From contig OX597817.1 in NCBI GenBank assembly GCA_951406725.2, positions 174,468,001 to 174,532,000 of the forward strand: a stretch of DNA of 64,000 nucleotides, written 5' to 3'. Each line of letters begins with the position of its first letter. Position 1 is the stretch's first letter. The notes under the pieces are model-generated. The model saw only the letters and a list, made by a program, of their open reading frames with translations, made no database searches and was not told where the DNA came from. The stretch comes from Octopus vulgaris. Its lineage: Eukaryota. This document shows, piece by piece, positions 25,872-39,085 of the stretch. The position numbers were made by a program, and so were the translations under genes.

Positions 25872-27049
25872 GTGTGAGAGGCTAGGTCTTGCTGGTTTAA
25901 AAATAAATCCAGTGAATAATTTAGGTTGAAAACGGCCAGTTTAAATGCCAAAGTGTTAAGCCTGATGAGTGCTTAGTACATTAACAAGAAACAATGTTCA
26001 GCCATATTCTAGAAAGAACTTTCTGTCAAAATACTTCCTGTTTACATTATGTGTTTATTTAATTGTGGATTTTTGAGTGAATTTCTTTGGATTTTTTTTC
26101 TTCTTTTAATTTCTGACTATAATTGCAGTTGATACCTCAGTTAATGAGTTAGAATTGGTGATATCATATTATTTAGCAATGGTTTATTTATTTTCATCTG
26201 GTAATGATTTAATTAGAGAAAGAGAGCTTCGATTTAAAGAAAATAGTCAGTGATATTTCAGTGCCATCTGTACATACCAGTGTCCTAAGTGATTCTGACT
26301 AGACTTTATATGAAAGTAGACTGATCACATGGATAATCATGACATAGATGCTTTCATCACTGATGTGGGTCTTACAAAATCTTAGAAGCAAAACCCACTG
26401 AATATTGTTTTCAGGTTTTTCTTTAAGAAATGTTTGTCAGGATGAACAGTGTGACCCTAGGGTGTGCATGTCAATGGGGCAACACCATGTTTTTTTCATA
26501 TAGATGGAAGAAATGCTGGTATACCACAGAATGCTTTTTCTAATGGGAGTTGTACAGTTTCCAAGATATGAAGTGTACCAGAACAAGAATTCAGCTCTGA
26601 AATAGGAAATTGATGTCCAGGAATTGATACCTTGCAAATGTGTGTGAAAACAACTATGTAAATACTGACTTAGCCTACCTGGGTAGATGAATGTGACATG
26701 TCTATTGGTGAAAATCACCAGTAAAGGTCAAAACTACATTCAAAATAATCGGTAACAATTTATATTTGTGTGTGTGTCTTTGCGTGTTCCCCAAGCATTG
26801 CTTGACAACCGATATTGGCATGTTTATGTCCCCGTAGCTTAGCAGTTTGACAAACGAGACTGATAGAATAAGTACTAGGCTTACAAAGAATAAGTCTTGG
26901 GGTCAATTTGTTCAACTAAAATTCTTTAAGGCAGTGCTCCAGCATGGCCACAGTCAAATGACTGAAACAAGTAAAAGATTAAAAGGATCTTTACATACTA
27001 TCATCAAGTTTCATCTAAATTTATGCAATAGTTTTATTTTTATTATTTA

Positions 27050-27625
27050 CCTGGGTGCCAGGGATTCTTTTCCATCCCAATTATGAAAAAACCAAACATT
27101 TTGATGTGGTGTGAAAGAAGGAAAGTTGTAAATCTAGTCAAGCTAACAGTTCCTCATGAAGATAATATGGACACCACTTGGGCTCAAAAGATTGACCGTT
27201 ATGTAAACCTCCTCGAGGAATGTGACGACGCAGGCTGGAAAGCAGAGCATTTTCCAATCAAAGTCGGATGTAGAGGGTTTGTTGAACACAGTGTGAGATG
27301 ACTGTTGTTATCATTAGGCCTAACTCATCGTAAAGTCAATACCACCATGACCAATATTCAAACTACAGTGTTGAAGGCTAGCCACTGGGTTTGGTTAAAA
27401 AGAGACGATGAGTGATGACTAGAAGAATATTGAGCTCTATTTGATAACCAGCTGATCAAGCAAGTGGGGCCTCATATCAGTGAGCGGGGCTGGTGTGCAT
27501 TGATACCGTCGAGAGGTAGGCCCCGAAACAGCACGCATTCTCTCCCGATGACCCCATACACTTGCTGGCTTCCGGTATGCGGAGTTTTTGACTGGTAGCT
27601 CTTGCATGTGCAAGTTGTTTGCAAG
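27050..27625 (+). mobile_element. HERO-like (restriction-like endonuclease) non-LTR retrotransposon 3' end
   Basis: KPNILMW...V.LVKLTVPHE...K..RY..L...C...GW....PIKVGCRGF...ASHWVWLKR matches the RLE domain pattern of HERO elements, but the catalytic D and E are substituted. A GC-richer 3' UTR follows. Confidence 0.75.
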
Positions 27626-28097
27626 ACATATTTATATACTAAACAGGTAGCTTTTAATCAAAATCTCTAGTTTCTGACAAGATTGTATTCTAACATAATT
27701 TTAAAAGTTAATATTTTATTTTCAATTCAAGAGTCTTAATTATGATTTTTGGTTGGTGTAAATTTTATGTCTTTGTGCCTCTCTTACAAGATAAAAACTT
27801 AAATATATCACTAAGTTTTTGAGAAACTTGTTAATTTTTTTAGCTACTCATCACTAAGAGACTACAGTATTGGTCATTAAGTGAATTTTAGGGAGGTTGA
27901 GGCAGGAAAATGAATCCTATATTTATAAATCTTCATAGGCATAGGAGTGGCTGTGTGGTAAGTAGCTTGCTTACGAACCACATGGTTCTGGGTTCAGTCT
28001 CACTGTGTGGCACCTTGGGCAAGTGTCTTCTACTATAGCCTCAAGCTGACCAAAGCCTTGTGAGTGGATTTGGTAGACGGAAACCGAAAGAAGCCTG

Positions 28098-28147
<50 letters not shown>

Positions 28148-30352
28148 GTGTGTGTGTATGAGTGTGTATATGTTTGTGTGTCTGTGTTTGTCCCCCCAAC
28201 ATTGTTTGACAACTGATGCTGGTGTGTTTACGTCCCCGTAACTTAGCGGTTCGGTCAATTTTCTCAAGTAAAGGCGATGCTCCAGCATGGCCACAGTCAA
28301 ATGACTGAAGCAAGTAAAAGAGTAAAAGAATAAAAATAGAAATTTCGTTTATCATTTCCTTGACTGTTGATGTTCTGTGGGATGTCATTATGTTGGTCTG
28401 TCGGAGTGACAAGGACGACCAAATCATCTTTAAGGATGATTCATGACATGCACAGTGACTTTGTTTTAAAGTGAAGTAGCATTGTGTATCATCATTCACA
28501 TTCTCTCATCCATGATCATCTTCAATCCAGTGACAAGACCAGGTCAAGAAAACTGGAGATGCAGATGGCTGCAGTGGATGACCAAGATGTCTTATTTGCC
28601 CCATCTTGTTCTCTGCACTCCATATAGCATTGCTGCAGCGGCCTTTCTCTCTATTGACCCATAAAGTCTTCTTTTACAGAGTCACCGAGATCCAGTTTTC
28701 ACATGCATAGGTAGGCAAGCCCTAACGTACAATTTAACCCATAACTGGAACCCTGGTAAGTGCTTTGTCTCCAGCTCAGAGTAGACCTGGAAACAATAGT
28801 AGTTAAGAGATGGTTCCATACCCCTCAAAACCCAGGATATGACTTCAAACCGCATTCGGTAGTAGAACCTTGGTTTGAAGGTTCCGGGGCTTTGAGGAGT
28901 ATGGAAACACCTCTTAACCACTACTGAATAAAATAAATAGATAAATTTCAAAAAGATAACAGGAAGTTTAAATCGGAAGAATTAATGTCACAGCAAGAGT
29001 AACAATAGTCTAAACCAAAGAGAATCTCTGAATATCTCAGTTTAAGAAGAAAGTTGAATTACAATATATTTTTGGCAAGTTACCATTTATCTTATTGAGC
29101 TAGTAATATAATAATCTCCATTTTTAGATGCAAGCAATAAACAAGATAAAACCTGTTGTTACAATAAAGATGGACAGTGCATCGATTTGCTCTTGTGTTA
29201 CTTCTCTCTACTGCCGCAAAAAAAAAAAAAAGAAGATAAATTCTTATATGTAGTTATTTTGAAATTAGGAAAATATTGATAAAAATAAATGTTCTTATAT
29301 GATACATTGGCATTGAGGCATGGGACAACATTTATTTTATTCGCCATTTTGGACATTAAATGCTGGAAATAAATTAAGAAATTAATATGTGCTTGTAGGT
29401 TTGGGTACATTTCTGCTGAAAGTTTTACTCTGAATCATTCCCCCCACCCCCAAATTAGGTTCCAGAGATGATGGAGAACAGAGGAATGTAGAGAGGAGAC
29501 TGTCTTCTTCTGTGAGTGAAATTCAATTGACAGAAACAAGTGTGTGTGTGTGTGTGTGTATCTGGTGCTAAACGAAGTGAAGGATTAAGGATTAAGTTTT
29601 CCACCCAAGGATTTGAACTCAGAATGCTAAGAGATGGAGTCTGACATTCTTACTGTTCTGCCAGTCTACCGTCCTACTCTGGATTTGTCCTTTTTTTTAT
29701 TACCAATCCTGAAAAAATAATAAATAAAAGACCAAGTTGGCCTCAGTTGGATTTGAACTCAAAGTACAGAAATTCAGAACAAATATTGCAAGGCATTCTA
29801 GTCGGTGCTCCACACAGCCCTTCCCCACCAATCCACTACTTATTTTGGTCTACGACTTATTATATTGATCTATATTTACTTATGTATTATGTAAATATTT
29901 TTGGTAGACTAATAGAAACTTGAAAACATTTTCCAGCAGACAGAGGTCTTGATAATTGCTAATAATGAGATAAAAGCTAGTGTCATTGTTCCATTATGTA
30001 AATGAATTTACTGCCAAGATTTGCAAGTGTGTAAGAGGTGAGGATGTGTAGCCTGGTGGTTAGGGTGTGGTATAAAAGATTGTGGTTTCAATCTCTGGAT
30101 TGGTGGTGTGTGGTGTTCTCTGCAATCCCTTTGATATCTAAAATATGGCATACTGTGCCCTTGTACTCACAATAGCAATTTGATGGAGGGAGTGAGTTTG
30201 ATGATGCCCCAGCATGGCCAGAATCTAATGACTGAATGTACAGCACAAACATTTGATCACTGTAGACAAATTATATGTGCAGGTTGTTCAATAAGAAATT
30301 GTGGAGTCAAGAGACCAAGAAGAAAAGTTACTTGAATCACCATCATCATCAT

Positions 30353-30588
30353 CTTATTTCTTTATTGCCCACAAGGGGCTAAATGTAGAAGGGGACAAAC
30401 AAGGACAGACAAAGGGATTAAGTTGATTACATCGACCCCAGTGCGTAACTGGTACTTAATAAATCGACCCTGAAAGGATGAAAGGTAAAGTCGATCTCGG
30501 CAGAATTTGAACTCAGAATGTAACAGCAGACGAAATACCACTAGGCATTTCGCCCAGCATGCTAACGTTTCTGCCAGCTCACCGCCTT
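30353..30588 (-). mobile_element. SINE family B
   Basis: Reverse complement of the 5593 copy, inserted in a (CAT)n tract. Confidence 0.8.
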
Positions 30589-31525
30589 CATCATCATCAT
30601 CATCTGTCTTCCATGCATGCTTGGGTAGGACGGTTGAAGTTACTGTCTGTTTTGGCAGTGTTTTTACACCTGAATGCCCTTTCTAACACCAACAACTCTG
30701 CCAAATGGACTGAGTGCTTTTTACATGGCACCAGCACAGGTGAGGTTAGTTTTGGCATGATTTTTACAGCTGGACGCCCTTCCAAATGCCAACCACTTTA
30801 CAGTGTGGACTGGATGCTTTTGATGTGGTACCAGTACTGGCAGAGTCACCAAGTAACTTGCAAGACAAAGAATTTTGAGAGGGGTGGGTATGGGGCATTA
30901 GAGGAGGAGATCTTGTGTCTGATGATGAAAGGTTAGAGTGTGACACAGCAACAGGGAGAATATTTATGTATTTTTGTCTAAGGTACCATACAGTGGGACT
31001 GAACCTGGAGCCATGTAGTTGGGAAGCAAACTTCTTACCGCATAGCCACCAAATAAACATCCATCTCTGAAATCGATGGAAAATCCATCATAATATGTCT
31101 TTGCTAGTATTTTAAAAAAATAGTCTAAATTCTAGAAAATTATTTAGAAACCAAAAAAAAAGTATTTCAGTAAAAAAAAATTAATTTGTTTCAATTTGTT
31201 GATTATATATAAATTGTTTAAGTTGTTTATTGTATTGTTTCTTTTATATATCTCTTTTACTCTGGCTTTGTTTCTACTTCATTGAACTAACTGTCTGCAG
31301 TATGTTATGTTGGCACTTGATATGATATGTAAGAACGCTATTATCTTAAGTTGGTTGTAAGAGCCAAAATTATGTTCAGAAAGAAAGAAAAATAATGAAA
31401 ATTGTTATTTTACTAAAGAAGAAGGAGTGTATATATATATATATTCCATATATATATATATATATGTATATATTGTGTGTATATATATATATATATTCCA
31501 CATACGTATATATATATATATATAT

Positions 31526-31564
<39 letters not shown>

Positions 31565-31958
31565 ATGTATATGTATGTATGTGTATTCTTGTATGTGTGT
31601 AGGTATGTATATGTATGTATGTATGTGTATTCTTGTATGTGTGTGTGTGTGTATATATGAGCATTTGCCAAAAATTATTACTTTGTTAGCTGTCTTGCTT
31701 TAGAATTACTTCCAAATTCGCTGCTTGTCCATCCTTCCCCCTGCTCCTGATAGAAGTGTAGACAATCAATCTCGTTTAAAGTTTTGGGGGCTAGTTGAAA
31801 ATTTAATTTGTAAAGATTATTTCTGAATGTCACGATTTAAAAAGAACTAAAACAAAAGAGAAAAATTTGAGTGTTTTTTTTTAATTGACTCAATATCTGA
31901 ATATATACATACATACACAATGTAGCCATGCAAGCATGAGTATATGTGTATGACTGTG

Positions 31959-32002
<44 letters not shown>

Positions 32003-32554
32003 ATATACATACACACACACATATACACACACATTCTTATATATATATATATGAGTGGTTGTGTGGTAAGTAGCTTGCTTACCAATCACATGAAGAATTT
32101 CTGTTCTCCCCTTTCCACCAGCGTGGGTTAAAATCATCAAACGCTATGCTTAATCTTCGAAAGGGTATGTTCTTACTTTCAGTGTTTCCAAATCCAAACC
32201 AAGGAATTTCTGAGCTGAAGATAGAAATGTTGTTTTGACTAATCTTGAAAGAAGCGTACGTACTCAAATAACCTTAGCATTTGATTTTTGTGTGTGTCCT
32301 GTACCCCCAAACTTTGTGAGTTGAATTAGGTGCTATATATGAGAGAGATTTTCTTTAAGTATTAGAAATAGTTTTAAAAAGTTTTTTGATGTATTTATGT
32401 AATGAGTTCAGTATCAGAGACCTATAGTAATTTATTTTACTAAGCCCTTTTATATAATGTAATAATTTCGAATTGCACTTAAATGGTCCCTTTGCATACT
32501 GAACACTTGGTGAAATTGATTAATAATTAATTAATTTTACCCTCAATTTTGAAT

Positions 32555-32647
<93 letters not shown>

Positions 32648-32651
32648 TGAG

Positions 32652-32682
<31 letters not shown>

Positions 32683-32987
32683 GATAGATAGATAGATAGA
32701 TTGATAGATATAAGCACCTCTGTTGGTGCTGTGTTAAAGCACCCTGCACATTCTGTAAAATGGTTGGCATAAGGAAAGGTATCCAGCCATAGTTTCAAGC
32801 ATGGCTGTTGTGGTTGAGAAGCCTGCTTCCTGATCATGTAATCTTGGGTTCAGTTCCACTGTGCAGCACCTTTGGGCAAATTTCTTATTTAACAACCTCT
32901 GGCTCATCAAAACCTTGTGAGTGAATTTGGTACATGGAAAACTGAAAGAAGTTTGCTGTGTGTGTGTGTGTGTGTGTGTTATATATA

Positions 32988-34121
32988 CAGGGTTTGGACA
33001 AAGTGATGGAAACACCTTAAAATTTCAAACAAATTTATTTTAATATGGGGTAGGACCACTTTTGGCAGTAATTACAGCTTGAATTCTATAAGATATGGAC
33101 TCGTAGAAAGTTTGAATTGTTTCCAAAGGAATTTTTGTCCATTCTTCATCTAAAACAGTTTCCAATTCTTGTAGTGATGATGCTGGAAGATATCGACTCC
33201 ATACTTGTTTTTCTAAAATGTGCCATAAATGTTCAGTAATATTGAGATCTGGGGACTGTGGTGGCCAGATAAAACATTCAACTTCACTAGAATGTTTCTT
33301 GTGCCATTCAGTAACAACTTTAGCTGTGTGAATTGGTGATTTATCATCCTGAAAGATTGTGTTTTCCTCCAGAAAAAGTTCCGCAACCATAGGATGAATT
33401 TGATCAGATAAAATGCTTAAATAGTTTTGACTATTAATTCTGCCATGAAGGGAAGCCATTGGACTGGCGAATTTCCCTGATATAGCTCCCCAGATCATCA
33501 CAGATCCTCCTCCATGTTTAACAGTTGAAAGAAGGCGGTCTGTGTCAAATGTATCTTTTGGCTGTCTCTTCATGTGTATACTTGGCTGATGGTTGGAAAT
33601 AAGGTAAAGGGTGACTTGTCCAAGAAAATAACATTCTTCCTCTGCTCTAGGGACCAATTCTGTAGGTTTTTACTGCACTCTGAGTGCTTTGCAACGATTG
33701 TTTTTGAAAGTAGTGGTTTTCTGATTGCAGCCCTCCCATGAAATCTGACTTTGTGCAGCCAGATTTTTATGGAGACTGGGTTCTCAAGGTGGTCATTAAG
33801 CTCTGCAGTAATTTTGAGAGCTGTATTTTTGTGATCCTTTCTAACTATTTGCATAAGAGTCTGATGGTCCCTATCTGAAAGTTTTGGTTTCCTTCCGGAG
33901 TTTTGTTTCAAAGAAAATCTGATAGGTCTGTCATTTTAATGAATTTTAATTACCTTTTTCTGATGATATCTGAAAAGAAACTGCAACTTTAGCAAAACAT
34001 ATTAAACAACACTAATAATAAATCAAAAAACAAAAATAAACAAGCTTTTGACGGTTTTATAGATATTTCAAAATTATGATTCTATGATGCTAGGTGTTTC
34101 CATTATTTTGTCCAACCCCTG
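32988..34121 (-). mobile_element. Tc1-family transposon with short (~30-bp) TIRs; decayed transposase with DD36E spacing
   Basis: TA|CAGGGTTTGGACAAA...TTTGTCCAACCCCTG|TA. Frameshifted ORFs at 33570-33911 and 33040-33657 carry GRKPKL, KHGGGSVMIWG, FQDDKSPIH and SPDLNITE. The N-terminal HTH is missing. Confidence 0.9.
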
Positions 34122-35129
34122 TATACATATATATATATATCATCATCATCATCATTTAATGTCTGTTGTCCATGCTAGAATGGGTTGGACTGTTTGACCA
34201 GGGCCACAAGCTGAGAGGCTACACCAGACTCCAGTCTGATTTGGCATGGTCTTTGCAGCTGGATGCTCTTCCTAATGCCAACCTTTCCAAGAGTGTGGTG
34301 GGTGCTTTTACGTGACACCATCATTAGCCACATTGCCTATATATAAGTATAAGTATGTGTGTGTGTGTGTGTGTGCTAGATATGTGAGCGCATTGGGAGT
34401 GATTACATCAATTACTACAGTTGTCTTTGTCTCACCTCTAACCACCACCACTCCTCATACTCTTCTGAAACTCCCCCCCTCTATCCTTCCTGCCCACTCA
34501 CCTAGTCCAATCCTCTATATCACTTCACTTGTATCCACCCTCCTTTTTATCTAGAGTTCTGACATGTATCCACCACCATCTCTCTCAGTCTATTCCTCTC
34601 TATCTTTCTCTCATCATTTCTCTCTTTCTCTCTTTTTATTTTTCTCTCTAAGTCTTTTAACCTTTCATCAACTGGTATGAGGTTACCTCCCTCAATACTA
34701 CTCTCTCTCCTAGTCAAGTAGTATTTGTCTTACAAGTTACTTAGTGACACCGCCTATGTAGGTACCAGAAGAAAAGCACCCAGTACACTCTGTAAAGTGG
34801 TTGACATTAGGAAGGGCATCGAGCCATAGACATGATGTCAAAACATACAATAGAGCTTGGTGCATTCCTCTGGCTTTGCCAACTCTTGTGAAACTATATA
34901 TCCTATGCCAGCATGGAAAACGGATTTGAAATGATGATGATGATATATATACATAGGCACAGGAGGAGTGGTTGTGTAGTAAGTAGCTTGCTTATCAACC
35001 ACATGGTTCTGAGTTAAGTCCCATTGCATGGCACCTTGGGCAAGTGTCTTCTACTATAGCCTTGGGCTGACCAAAGCCTTGTGAGTGGACTTGGAAGATG
35101 GAAACTGAAAGAAGCCTGTCATATATGTC

Positions 35130-35160
<31 letters not shown>

Positions 35161-35793
35161 AAATTAATCAAAGGCCATACTTAGTATGTCTACCTGCTGG
35201 AAATAACAGTCAAATATATGTACACACACACACACACATATATATAGGTAGGTAAATAAATAGATAGATAGACAGATGTTAATGTACACACTCATTTTAC
35301 ATTCATACTCAAACATGTATATATGTAAACACAAGGAACATAATGTTTCATATAAGGCCCCATGGAAATATTTATTAAAAAAAAAAACAAAGTAAAGAAA
35401 TAATAAAAATCAAAAGTCATTAATGCAAAAATTCTAGGGAAAAATAACAAAAAACAGCTGAATACTGGATACTGCGTAATAGAAAAACTAATTCATTTTA
35501 GAATGGATACACACTGCTGAAGTACACATACATATACCCACACACACATACACAGAAATGCCCTTGTACACATATATATCTCTCCCTCCCTCCCTCCCTC
35601 CATACATACATTTACATAGACACATCTTCCCACTTGGCTCTTATTGATTGATCATTACGTAAGAATAAGCTAATACTTCCTGTCTAGCTACTCTAGGTTG
35701 AAATCTCTGTCTTGTGCTACTAGCGACTTTTGTTCACACTATATCATATATTGACACAGTGAAGGGAATTATCTGTCTCTTTATAATAAATTC

Positions 35794-36052
<259 letters not shown>

Positions 36053-36054
36053 TT

Positions 36055-36427
36055 TAGTGGCATTTCATCTGTCTCCCCATTCTGAGTTCAAATTGCATTG
36101 AGGTTGAATTTACCTGTCATCCTTTTGTGGTGGAAAAAATAAGTACCATTTGAAACCTGGGGTTGATGTAATTGATTTATTTATTACTGGTCTCCTTAAA
36201 TTTTTGGCCTTGTGTCTAAATTTGAAACCATTATTATTATAAATATTTAGTGGTATTTCGTCTGTGCTCACATTTTGAGTTCAAATTCTATGAAGGTCAA
36301 CTTTGCCTGTCATCCTTTTGGAGGTTGATAAAATAAATACCTATTCAATCCAATACTGAGATCAATGTAATCAGTTCACCCCCTCCTCCTGAACTTGCTG
36401 GCCTTGTGCCTATAGAAAAAAGAATTA

Positions 36428-36464
<37 letters not shown>

Positions 36465-36710
36465 TTTTTCTTTCTTTCTAAGGTGGTAAACTGGCAGAAT
36501 TGTTAGCATGCCGGGCTAAATGTTTAGTGGCATTTTGTCTCTCTTTACATTCAGAGTCCAAATTCTGCTGGGGTCAACTTTGCCTTTCATCTTTTTGGGG
36601 TCAATAAAATAAGTACCAGTTGAGTACTGAGGTTGATCTAATTGACTGCCCCCCCCCCCAAATTTCAGGCCTTTTGCCTATAGTAGAAAGGATCATTATT
36701 ATTATTATTA

Positions 36711-36748
<38 letters not shown>

Positions 36749-36971
36749 TAAGTGGCAAGCTGGCAGACTCATTAGCATGCGGGACAAAATGCTTAGTGGC
36801 ATTTTGTCGGTCTTTATGTTGTGTGCTCAAATTCTGCGAAGGTTGAATTTGCCTGTCATCTTTTCGGGATTGATAAATTAAGTACCAGTCAAACACTGGG
36901 GTTGATATAATTGACAGGCCTCCTCCCCCCAAATTTCAGGCTTTGTGCCTATAGTAGAAAAAAAATCATTG

Positions 36972-37037
<66 letters not shown>

Positions 37038-37251
37038 TAAGTGGCAAGCTGGCAGACTCATTAGCGTGCGGGACAAAATGCTTAGTGGCATTTTGTCGGT
37101 CTTTATGTTCTGAGTTCAACCTTTTCTGAGGTTGACTTTGCCTGTCATCCTTTCGGGGTTAATAAATTAAGTACCAGTCAAACACTGGGGTTCATATAAT
37201 TAACTAGTCTCCTCCCCCAAAATTTCAGGCCTTGTGCCTTTAGTACAAAGG

Positions 37252-37287
<36 letters not shown>

Positions 37288-37360
37288 TTGGGTGGTGAGC
37301 TTGCTGAATCATTAGAGCATCAGAGAAAATACCTTGCAGTATTTCAGCTTTTTACATTCA
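36055..37360 (+). mobile_element. Head-to-tail array of about five B-like SINEs separated by (ATT)n
   Basis: Repeated gagttcaaatt / aagtaccag / ggccttgtgcct units. The copies starting at ~36749 and ~37037 share a nearly identical head. Confidence 0.8.
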
Positions 37361-38729
37361 CTTTTCTTTGATATACACCGATAATAAAAGTTGTCACACT
37401 GTCGGTTTTGATGACAAGGGTTCCAGTTGATCCAATCAATGGAACAGCCTTCTCTTGAAATTAACCTGCTTGTGACTGAGCACTCTACAGACACCTGTAC
37501 CTTTAACATAGTTCTCAGGGAGATTCAGCGTGACAAGGCTGGATCTCTGAAACACACGTACTATGCATTTTTGCCAGCTGAGTGGACTGGAGCAATCTGA
37601 AATAAAATGTCTTGTTTGAGAACACAGTGCTTTGCCGGGAATTGAACTCACGACCTTACGATTGTGAGCCAAATACCGTTACCACTAAGCCATGTGTCTG
37701 TACTTGAAGTTGTGTAAACTGCCACTAAACACAATAAAGACTGACATACTTAGTTTTGTGTTCCACTGAGGACCCTGGCACGAACATAAATCTCCATCTC
37801 ATATCAAAGCATAATGTAACAGTTTGCACCAGTTCAGTTTTTAATCCAGCCCAGTTCTGTCTCTAATTTACCAAATCTACGTCTGTTTTGTTTTATACTA
37901 GTTGACTGGCTGAGATTAGAATTATGAAATTGTAAAAGTGTACTATTAAATTATATCTAAAAATAGCAATAAAATTAAATATATTGATAAAACTGTTTGA
38001 AACTCAATGTGAATTCAGAGGGGAAGAAATACTGTCAGATCCAGGAGCAATGTGTGGAACAGAATGAAGGCATTTGATACAGTAAACTGGTCAGGCTTGT
38101 GACAGATTTCAAAAGTTTTAGATGCCTGGGGAAGTTAAATTCTTTTGATCAAGTCCTTACTGGTATGAGGGCTTCGGTTATGCAGATGAACTCTAGCTCT
38201 ACACGGTTTGATGTTACAGTTGGAGCAGTAGTGTAACTAAGGGTAGGGGCACATGCCTCAGGCACCGATTGAAAGGGGGAGCGCAGAATTGACCGTAATA
38301 TGATTAGCTTGAACACTATTTATAAAATAGCAATTGTAAAGATGGATCTCCAGCGTATTGTTTTATGCTGTTATTGAAAGTAAACGGAATATGATGGCTG
38401 TCTGCATTCATGTCTGGACATTTTTACAAAGTGCATTAAAAAAGGCTTCATAAAAATAAACATTCAAAAAAATTATTTTGTAGTACCAAACCGGCAGGTA
38501 AATGAACCCTGGTAAAGTATTTGTTCCTAAAATATTGTTTTAAAACATTAATTACTCATAACAAATAAGTACTATATAACATTGTGGATTTTGTAATTGG
38601 TGGGAGGGGTGTATTTTTGTGGCTTGCCTCAGGTGCAGTTTACTGAGTGGGAGTCAAGTGCAAGGTATATCAATAATATTATCTACTCTATTGTATGATG
38701 GTTGCTATACTGCAGACACAAAACAAAAA

Positions 38730-39085
38730 CATAAAAAGAACTGCAGGTATTCGTGAGGAAACGCCTGTAACAGGTTATGTACCTTAATTGGAGAGACAAG
38801 ATCAGGAATGCCATCACCTTAGAGTATACTTAGCTTTATAATATGGAATAGATATTGATGGAGTGGAACCTCTGCTGGCTTGGACTTGACCAAAGAATGG
38901 AAAAAAACTTGGTTATCATGACAAACACTGTAAACACAGCTGGTCAACTGTGCGTGAAATCAGGGAAGACACTTCTTGAATGAGATTCAATGTTGCAATT
39001 AAGCTCAATTTAAGGAACTTAAGCATTGATATCTGCAGCTGGATCACTGCTGCTCAGGTCAGAAACTAGTGGTGGAGCATGATTC
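38730..39085 (+). mobile_element. Old RTE-like LINE 3' fragment
   Basis: ELQVFVRKRL*QVMYLNWRDKIRN ... SWITAAQVRN*WWSMI. Confidence 0.6.

Noticed and set aside
29459-29511. Possible small exon with gtgagt donor
   Set aside because: Weak acceptor, and inclusion would shift the frame of the terminal exon.
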